In this document: in pieces, positions 56,169 through 64,000 of the stretch
Numbering within the stretch: the first letter of the stretch is position 1
Layout: every line of letters starts with the position of its first letter
From: the human T2T-CHM13v2.0 reference genome, Homo sapiens
NCBI RefSeq assembly: GCF_009914755.1
Contig: NC_060932.1
Direction: 5' to 3' (one strand)
Length of the DNA: 64,000 nt
Program-made: the position numbers and the translations under genes
The notes under the pieces: generated by a model
The model's input: the letters and a program-made list of their open reading frames with translations, nothing else
What the model was told of the DNA's origin: nothing
Databases searched by the model: none

Positions 56169-57766
56169 TGACCTGTACATTTTTTAAAATAATATTTTTG
56201 TCAGATTTTAATGTTAGTGTTATGCTAGTTTCATAAAATGACTTGGGAAGTGTTTCTTTCCATTTTCTCAGAGAACATATATCAGATTGGTGTTACTTAT
56301 TCCTAAATATTTGATAGATTCACCAGTGAAGCAATCTGGGCCTGGAGTTTGATAATGAATTCAGTATCTTTGGTATGACACTAGACAGATTTCCTATGAC
56401 ATCTTTCGTGAAAATTTGTTTTTAAAAGGATTTGTACATTTTATCATAATATTTCAGTTACTACTTCAATTCTTTTTCTGATCGTTTCTCCTCTCATTCT
56501 TTTGAGATTTCAGTTACACATATTTCAGCCTTTTGTCACTCTCACAAAAGTTTCTGTGGCTCTGTTTTTTTTTTTCCTGTCCTTCAGATTTTATAACTTT
56601 TACTGCTGTATCTTAAACTCATTGATTCCTTTCTGTTCTCATTTTGCTATTAACCCACCAAGTAATTTTTTTATATCAGGAATCATAATTATCTGTTTCA
56701 GAATTTACATTTGAATCATATATACATGTATGTATGTAAAAATATTTTTTTCTCTCTTGGGATTTTCTATTTTTTAATTCATTGCAAGTGTTATTTTCCT
56801 CTCTGTCACTGAGTACGGTTAAATAGGTCCTTGAACATCTCTGTCTACTAATTTCTAAGTCTTCTAAGTCTTGGCCATCTTAGATTTATTTTGCACTGGG
56901 AGTCTTTTATCTTGATGAAGAGCCATATTGCTTCAGCCCTTTGCATTTTGAGTAATTTTGGATCGTATGCTGGCTATTGTGAATGTACATTGTAGAAACC
57001 TTGGATTCTGTTACTTTCGCGGAAGAATTTTGATATTTTTGTTTTAGCAGCTAATTAACTTGGTTGGATTCAGGGTATAAACTGTGTCTATTGGGTAAGA
57101 GTTCAAGTCTCAGTTCATTTCTTTCCTTAGTTTGGCTTTTTGTGTCTAATTTTTGTCACGTGATTCAGAGGCCAGCCAGAGATTTCAGAAGATTTTATAC
57201 ATAATATTTGGTTATCTGCAACTCTGACCGTCTTTTCTAGTATTCCCCCCTCACATTTCAGCACTATGGTTTTCTCAGTCTCTGCCACTAAAGCCAAAAG
57301 CTCTAAAATGAGTAAATTCACCCCAGGGTATTTCCTTTGCTGAAGTCATAACTTTCTTTCAGAATCTGCCTGTTTTCGATCAGTCTTCAGTGCTTCAGAC
57401 AGTTAACTTTTATATTTTGCTGTGAGTTTAGGAGTTTACAGTTGATATTTATAGGTGGGCAGCCTGTTAGGAATGTTCTCAGCCATACCTGCAGAACTCA
57501 GGGGAATATATGTGTCTTGTAAACAGAAAATTACGTTACAAACATTTCATAGACAGACTCATTACTCAAACAAAACATGACTGGTGGAAACCTTTGTATA
57601 TTGATTCTTTGTGCTCAATATGCTCTGTATACTTAATATGCAATAGATAGAAAGATGACCAGATTATAGACCCTGTCTTTAAGTAGTTCATAGTCTAGTT
57701 GATGATGATTAACCTGAAACTAATACTTTGTTGTCTCCAAGTTTGTAAATGAAATAAAATAAAGTG

Positions 57767-58099
57767 CAGTCATGTGCTGCATAGTGATTTCAGTCAGTGA
57801 TGGACTGCATATATGATGGTGATCCCATAAGATTATAATACTGTATTTTTGCTGTATCTTTTCTATGTTTAGAAATATAAATATTTACCATTGTGTGACA
57901 ATTGCTTATAGTACTTAGTACAGTAGCATGAGGTACAGGTTTGTAGCCTAGGAACAATAGGCTATACCATATAGCCTAGGTATACAGTAGGATATGCCAT
58001 CTAGGTTTGTGTAAGTGTACTCTTTGATGTTTGCACAATGAGGAAATCACCTGACAATGCATTTCTCGGAATGTGTTCACATCATTATTGACTCATAAC
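57767..58099 (+). mobile_element. Tigger3a non-autonomous element
   Basis: cagtcatgtgctgcata...cccataagattataatactg...tgcatttctcggaatg. Confidence 0.85.
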
Positions 58100-58168
58100 A
58101 TCAATAAAGTGTACGAAATAAAATCTCAAATATTGTTTTTCATTGTCAGCTTTGAGGTAAGGGAAGAA

Positions 58169-58239
58169 AAATTATAATATTTAAATTATAATTTAAAATT
58201 TAATTTAAGATTTAAATTATAATTTAAAAATTATAATTT
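58169..58239. repeat. 71-bp AT-rich near-perfect palindrome
   Basis: 29-bp arms with 1 mismatch around a 13-nt spacer. Each arm contains TTTAAATTATAATTTAAA. Confidence 0.9.
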
Positions 58240-58944
58240 CTGTGTTTGAGATTAGAGTCCATTTCAAGTACTTACAATGTCTGAAGTAGACCATTTAGAA
58301 GTTACTGCTTTCAGGATACTGAAAAACAATATTTCTGCTTAGCATAATGGAGCATACAGGTTTCAAGCCAGCCCTGTTTCAAGCTAATATAGCACTGCAA
58401 TCAGTCCTAAGAAGAAGCTTTCATGCTTGTGTCAGTTAATAGAATGAACTGGAGGAAACGAAATAGCTGGAATAGCTGTGAGTAGAGAATAGTGTAGTGT
58501 GGAATTAATGCTGATGGTACACTTCCAGCTTCTGGGGCAAGAGAGAACTACTGTTTGTGAAACTCCATCTGATAAAGTGATTTCCATTAATTGAATAATT
58601 TCTCTTCTGTTAATGAACCATTTTCAACACTCTTTCAATGGCACAGCATTGGACACAGGAATCATTTAGTGTTCAGACCTTAATGTATATTCACTCTCTT
58701 GAGTTATGTATCTGAGCTTATAAAGGGTGAAATTCTAAATGCTGTTTTATGATTTTTTTAGAAGTTTTTTTTAGAAGCTATGGAAATTGTTCTCCATGGG
58801 TTTTTTTTTTTTGCAGATAAACCTTAACCTCTGGTGCTGATCAGCGCCAGCTTGGAACATGGTCAATATAAACCCCAAATCAACATTGGAACAAGGTACC
58901 CTGTCTTTGAGGACCTACAGATACATTATGGTTTAGGGTTTACA

Positions 58945-59540
58945 TTTATTTTTTTATTCATTGGTTCATCCGTCAGTGGATCCGGCTCTGTCTATACCTA
59001 GCATTTATAAAGAGTCTTCTCTGAGCCAGACATTGTTCTGGGAAAATCGAAGTGGTTAAGTCATGGTCTTTGGGCTAAAAAACTGCCAGTTTTTTTTGGT
59101 GAATGCAGATGAATAAGTTAATATTAATAATACAGGTTGCCCTGAAAGAACAAAGAAGAGGATCCTGGTGATAGGCTCAGAGAAGGCTGCTCTAAGGAGG
59201 TTGTCTCTAAAGAGTCTGGCTGGCTGGGGTCAGAAGTGAGATAGTGAAATTGAAGGGTGGTGACAGAGGAGCACTATATTGAAGCACAGAAGGCATTTGG
59301 GGAATTACAAGCCATTTAATTTGACTAGACAGATTTTTATAGAAGACATAAATGAAGTTGTAAGGGAGCAGAATGTGGGTGGCATTGGCCAAAGGTCCTG
59401 CAAAGTTAAAGTAGAGAATGACATTTGAACTGTTTTAGACGATGAGGCTTCTCCAGGTGCTTAATGATGGCAAACTATTTCAGGAGAGGGAATGCCACAT
59501 GCATAGTCATGCTGGAGTGAAAGAATGCTTAGGGACCATT
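58945..59540 (-). mobile_element. L2 fragments
   Basis: ttattcattggttcatcc...gagccagacattgttctgg...ctcagagaaggctgctct. Confidence 0.55.
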
Positions 59541-60491
59541 TTAAAAAGTGAGTTGTAATATGACATTAAATACGTTATATCTCTATGTATAATGCTCTGT
59601 TTTAAGTGTCTGTGCTATAATATTAAGTGAAAAAAGAAAAGTCAAGATACAGAAAATCCAGAATCCAAGTTGGGGAATTATTTGAAAAAGCGAACCAGAA
59701 TCTTAATAGCAGTTGTTTTCTGGAGTATAGGTTTTCGTGATATTTTTCTACTTTACACGTTTCTGTACATGAATGTTTTAATAACTTAGTGTAACCTTTA
59801 TTAATATAAAAACATTTTCCATTTTTTGGGCAAAATGTGCCTGAGGTTTTTACTCAGGAGGTATTTTTGTACTGTGATTGTGATTCTCAAGGTTTAGTGT
59901 GCTATGTTAAGTCTATAAGTTTAAATTAGGTTTATTAAATTTATTAATTTGATAATTGTCCTTTTAGCCTCTAAGCATTCTCATCTGTGTACATACTATC
60001 TGCAGTAACTTTGTCTTAACCAGCAAAAGTTTCTTCTGTTAAAAGTTTTTCTAGAATCTGAATGTTGGGAATGTGATATATTTGTTCTCTTCATATAAAT
60101 GGTTAGGTCAAGGATCTTTGAGAGATAAAACATGTCTGTTCCTGGTGTTTCAGGGAAACTTTCTTTTTTGAAGTGGGCTTGCATTTTTTCCTTGTAGTAT
60201 GTCATAGACAATTTAAAACCCTTTAAATTACTACTTGGTAGAAGCCTATTCCATGGAAATCATCGTGGATTTACAGATTTCCTAGGATAGGGAATATTTT
60301 ACAGTCATAGAGATATGTTAAATGTTGCCATTTTTGTTGCTCCTGTTTGATTTTCAGAGACATAATATTTTTTCAGATAATTTATGTGAAAATGATTTTT
60401 GATGTTCACGTGGTAATTTACCTCTAGAAATAAAGTGATAATGTACATGTAGGCTAGTTTTTTGTATCCACAGTGCCAAAATTAATTTGGT

Positions 60492-60835
60492 TGTCTTAGA
60501 CCTTTGTGGTGCTATAGCAAAACACTGAGACTGGGTCATTTGTAAAGAACAGAAATTTATTTCTTACATTTCTGGAGGCTGGGAAATCTAAGATCAAGCC
60601 ACCTGCATTTGGTGTGTGGTGGGGGCCCTCTTGCTGCCTCCTCGCATAGTAGTATGCGGAAGAGCAAAAAGAGCCTCAGCTAATTAATTACCTTAGCCCT
60701 TTTAAAAGGCTTGAATCCATTCATAGGGGCAGAGTCCTCATGACTTCAGCACTTCCCAAAAGGCCCCACCTCTTAATTACCCCCACAGTGGCCATTTTCA
60801 ACATGAATTGGAGGGGAAACATTGAAACCATAGCA
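60492..60835 (-). mobile_element. MLT1A/MST-like solo LTR
   Basis: tgtcttagacc...aacagaaatttatttct...aaaggccccacctcttaa...aaaccatagca. Confidence 0.85.
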
Positions 60836-61645
60836 GCTGGCTAGTTGGGATTTTGAATCTTGTTGACATCAAGGCAGCCTGATATTAAAAATAATCACTT
60901 AAGGATACATTTAGTTACTATGAGTCACTCCTAGTATTCATTAAATCTTGGGCCTATGATAAAGTAGAAAGGCCACTATGGATTATATAAATTTAGAGAA
61001 ACTGGTTGGCGCATAATGGCCATTGTTTTATGATGGACGGTTCTCTTCTACTTTCTCATTTTGTCAACCTACATCTTGTAGTGGGAACTGGAAAGAAGAG
61101 AACCGGTAAGCGGCAGCAGGAGGAGTAAATCTTCAGAAGCTACATTTGTCCTGTTCTCAGAGGCTCTGGACTTGGGTCTTGTGACACAGCCCCTGTCTGT
61201 GAGAATTGGGAAGTTATTTAGGTTGGTATTTACAAATATGACAGCATTTCAGATGTATTGTGGAGGGAATTAAAATCTTAACGTTTGCTCTCCTTACAGT
61301 GCTTGATTATTGAGGCAGAAAGCAACACTTGAACTTAAATTTGAAACTTAAAGTGAAAATAAAATTGAAATTTGAAAATAAAATTTTCAGTAAAATTGAA
61401 ACTTAAAGTGAAATCCAAAAACAGCCAGGCATATATTGAGGGGTTCCTGAAATAATCTAGTGATATTGTTTGGGGGCATATTATTATCATTGGTGTTATT
61501 TTCCTGAGCCAATGAATAATTAAAAATTTGATTATAATCCTTATATATAGGCCTCCTAAAATTTTTATTACATTTAAAAGACTAGAAACAGTCTATTACA
61601 TGTATGTTTGTCACAAAGCAGTAAATTTAGAAATTAAAGTGTGTG

Positions 61646-61938
61646 GGCTGGGTGCGGTGGCTCATGCCTGTAATCCCAGCACTTTGGGAGGCTGAGGCGG
61701 GCAGATCACGAGGTCAGGAGATTGAGACCACAGTGAAACCCTGTCTCTACTAAAAATACAAAAAAAAATTAGCCAGGCGTGGTGGCGGGTGCCTGTAGTC
61801 CCAGCTACTTGGGAGGCTGAGGTAGGAGAATGGTGTGAAACCCGGGAGGTGGAGCTTGCAGTGAGCCGAGATCGTGCCACTGCACTCCAGCCTGAGCCTG
61901 GGGGCACAAAGTGAGACTCCCATCTCAAAAAAAAAAAA
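61646..61938 (+). mobile_element. AluY with 12-bp left-arm deletion (AluYd lineage)
   Basis: gagattgagacca^cagtgaaaccc. 17-bp TSD agaaattaaagt(g/c)tgtg at 61629 and 61939. Confidence 0.9.
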
Positions 61939-62429
61939 AGAAATTAAAGTCTGTGATGAATTTTGTTATATTTAACTCTTTAATTACATCTCTGCTTACT
62001 TTGAGGGTACATCATAGAGGATATATCTCTATGTCTATTGCTGAACCAAAAAGCAAAAATATTTTTAGTGGTTTAGCAATATACTGCTGGGCTTATATAT
62101 CTTGGATATTACTATACTGATTATTTTGGCTCTGGGCTCCATAAGGATCACCAAATTGGACCAACTGAAAATTGCGTGACTATACTGGTATTGGAGATAG
62201 GAAATGTGAACAGAACATAATCCCTCTTTTCTAGGATGCAGTCTTTTGGAGGAAAATGGCAAAAATTCATGCCGTAGATTGAACTATAAATTTCCATTAA
62301 AAGAAATAATCAATATGTAATTACATGAAAAATGGACACATAATACAAAGGCAGACTGATAATCATGGTTACAGAGAAAGAAGTCAGGCTTATGAGCCAG
62401 CCTGACCTGTGCTTTCTGGCACTGGGTGC

Positions 62430-62880
62430 ATCACCTGTGTCTGTTCTGACTGTTAGACCAAATGGCCACTGAACGCTTCCACTTGGATACCCCACAAACA
62501 TCTTAGAGATTTGCCATGTCCGTATCTGAACTTCATACCTCCTCTTCTTGGCCAACCTTGACTTTTTCCTGCGTTTTTTACTTGAGTAAATGACAGACAA
62601 CAGTGTATTTGAGTACTCATGCCAGATACCAGGACATAATTTTTGTCTACGCACTTCTCTCTCATTGACCTGCTTGCCTCCATCCTTCAGATACCATTCA
62701 TTTACTTTCTAAATTATCATCTATCTCTCTTTACATTTCATTTCACTCCTTAATTTAGAACACTATCACCCCTTACCCTATCGATTGCAATAGATTCTTT
62801 GCTGTATCAGTTTCTTGCCTTTGATTTTAAATCTTTCATATCATTCACCCCACTTGTAGCCTGACTTTTGTAGTCTGGGA
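62430..62880 (+). mobile_element. L2 fragment
   Basis: ccacttggataccccacaaacatctta...gattgcaatagattct. Confidence 0.55.
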
Positions 62881-63354
62881 TTTTCTGAATTAACGGTTTC
62901 ATGTTTATGGGCTTCATAGCTTGTCCTCCACACACTTCCTCCTGGAATATCCAACCTTAAGCAAATGCAGATAGCAAGTATGTAAGTTAGCTTATTTCAG
63001 ATTGTATATTACTTGCGTGTGCCTGTGTGTGTGCATGTCTATGTTTTTTTTGCTCATATTATATTCTGGAAAAGTTACTTGTACACTTCATTGATCTTTA
63101 GAATTATTAACGTCTAAATAAGTTGGGCTGTTTATCATTTAGAAATGGATATTAGGTTAAAATTACAGTCAATGGAGTAACACCAAATAATCTCAACCAC
63201 TACTAATAATACCTAGTGATCTGTAGTTGGAAAATTAATATATTTAAATAATAGTATTTATAGCTTTAATATAGTAATCTCTGCAACAACAAAAAAAATC
63301 AATAAAAACCTTATTGAATAGTGCTATTCAATTTGGAGAAAAATAAGCTTTAAC

Positions 63355-63660
63355 TCCATAAGTATTTATTGAGAAACGATTATATACGAAAAATGCTTAA
63401 TTAAATGTGGGTCCTACTTGCTCTCAAATAATTCATAATCTAATAGGGGAAAGGATAAATTTTACTAAATAATATAGGATAAAGATTGAATTAATATTAC
63501 AAAGGTAGAGGCACAGCATAGAATTTAAGGACATGATGGAGAGTTATTTCTAGAGAAATAATTATGGATGAAATTAAATTTAGTCTTTAAGAATAAATTC
63601 AGGACATTAACAGACATGAGGGAGAAAGGTAGAATAACTGTTGGGCTAGAATGACTTCAT
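63355..63660 (-). mobile_element. L2 fragment
   Basis: aagtatttattgag...ggtcctacttgctctcaaataattcataatcta. Confidence 0.5.
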
Positions 63661-64000
63661 TATGGGGAATAGTGGATCATAACATTCGTGTAAATCATAA
63701 GGAATATATTCTGGAATGCCTTCAGTGCTTTACTTGGGCATGGAATTGTATATATCTCGAAGAGAATCCTGAAATATTTGTGATATTGAAATAAACACCT
63801 AAACACAAGTTTGGAATGACTTATTCTTAGGACATTAAAATGCCCACGTACAAAGTGATTGTTATTTTCAGGGGTGATTATCAGGATCTTGAAAATGATT
63901 ATCAGTAATGCAAAGCTTGACTCAGTTAGCAACTATGCTAAGAAACAAGTGTTTTGTTTCTGAGGAGGCTACTCCATTTCATGTGAATGCCATGGTCCCA

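Larger units (their letters stand above)
53610..57490 (-). mobile_element. Long degraded L1M, interrupted by L1PA and Alu; the 5' part may be HAL1 or L1 ORF1
   Basis: gccagtaccacactgtcttgattacta, gacatcttaacaatattgagtcttc, ttcaccagtgaagc. Confidence 0.75.
53223..64000 (+). other. KHDRBS3: Start of KHDRBS3 intron 2
   Basis: Begins at donor GTAAGA. The next exon (FNFVGKLLGPRG...) was not found in the window. Confidence 0.88.

Noticed and set aside
57758-58111. aataaagtg repeated on both sides of Tigger3a as an atypical TSD
   Set aside because: Tigger elements duplicate TA. A 9-bp AT-rich match is likely chance or a later local duplication.

Overview
Primate (most likely human) euchromatic, repeat-rich intronic DNA, not a prokaryotic locus. 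The only coding sequence I can support is a 119-nt internal exon at 53104-53222 (+), which the ORF track misses. It encodes (E)[39 protein letters not shown], which I recognise as exon 2 of KHDRBS3 (SLM2/T-STAR, a STAR-family RNA-binding splicing regulator). Positions 1-53103 are therefore the distal part of a long intron 1 and 53223-64000 the start of intron 2. The rest is a stack of transposon fossils: 18 Alus (14 antisense to the gene), old L1M and a truncated L1PA, L2/MIR/L3, MaLR/ERV solo LTRs, hAT and Tigger DNA transposons, and microsatellites. None of the listed ORFs looks like a real gene. I see no CRISPR array, rRNA, tRNA or new protein-coding system. The most interesting signals are candidate cryptic exons: a poison microexon at 35968-35976/35980, an in-frame 24-nt microexon at 61082-61105, and a poly(A)-signal/donor module beside a 71-bp UWAA-rich palindrome at ~58100-58240. 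Together they suggest a testable splicing-level or autoregulatory layer on KHDRBS3. They are motif-based hypotheses only, since long introns contain many pseudoexons. Repeat family names come from recall of consensus sequences, and boundaries of old repeats are approximate.
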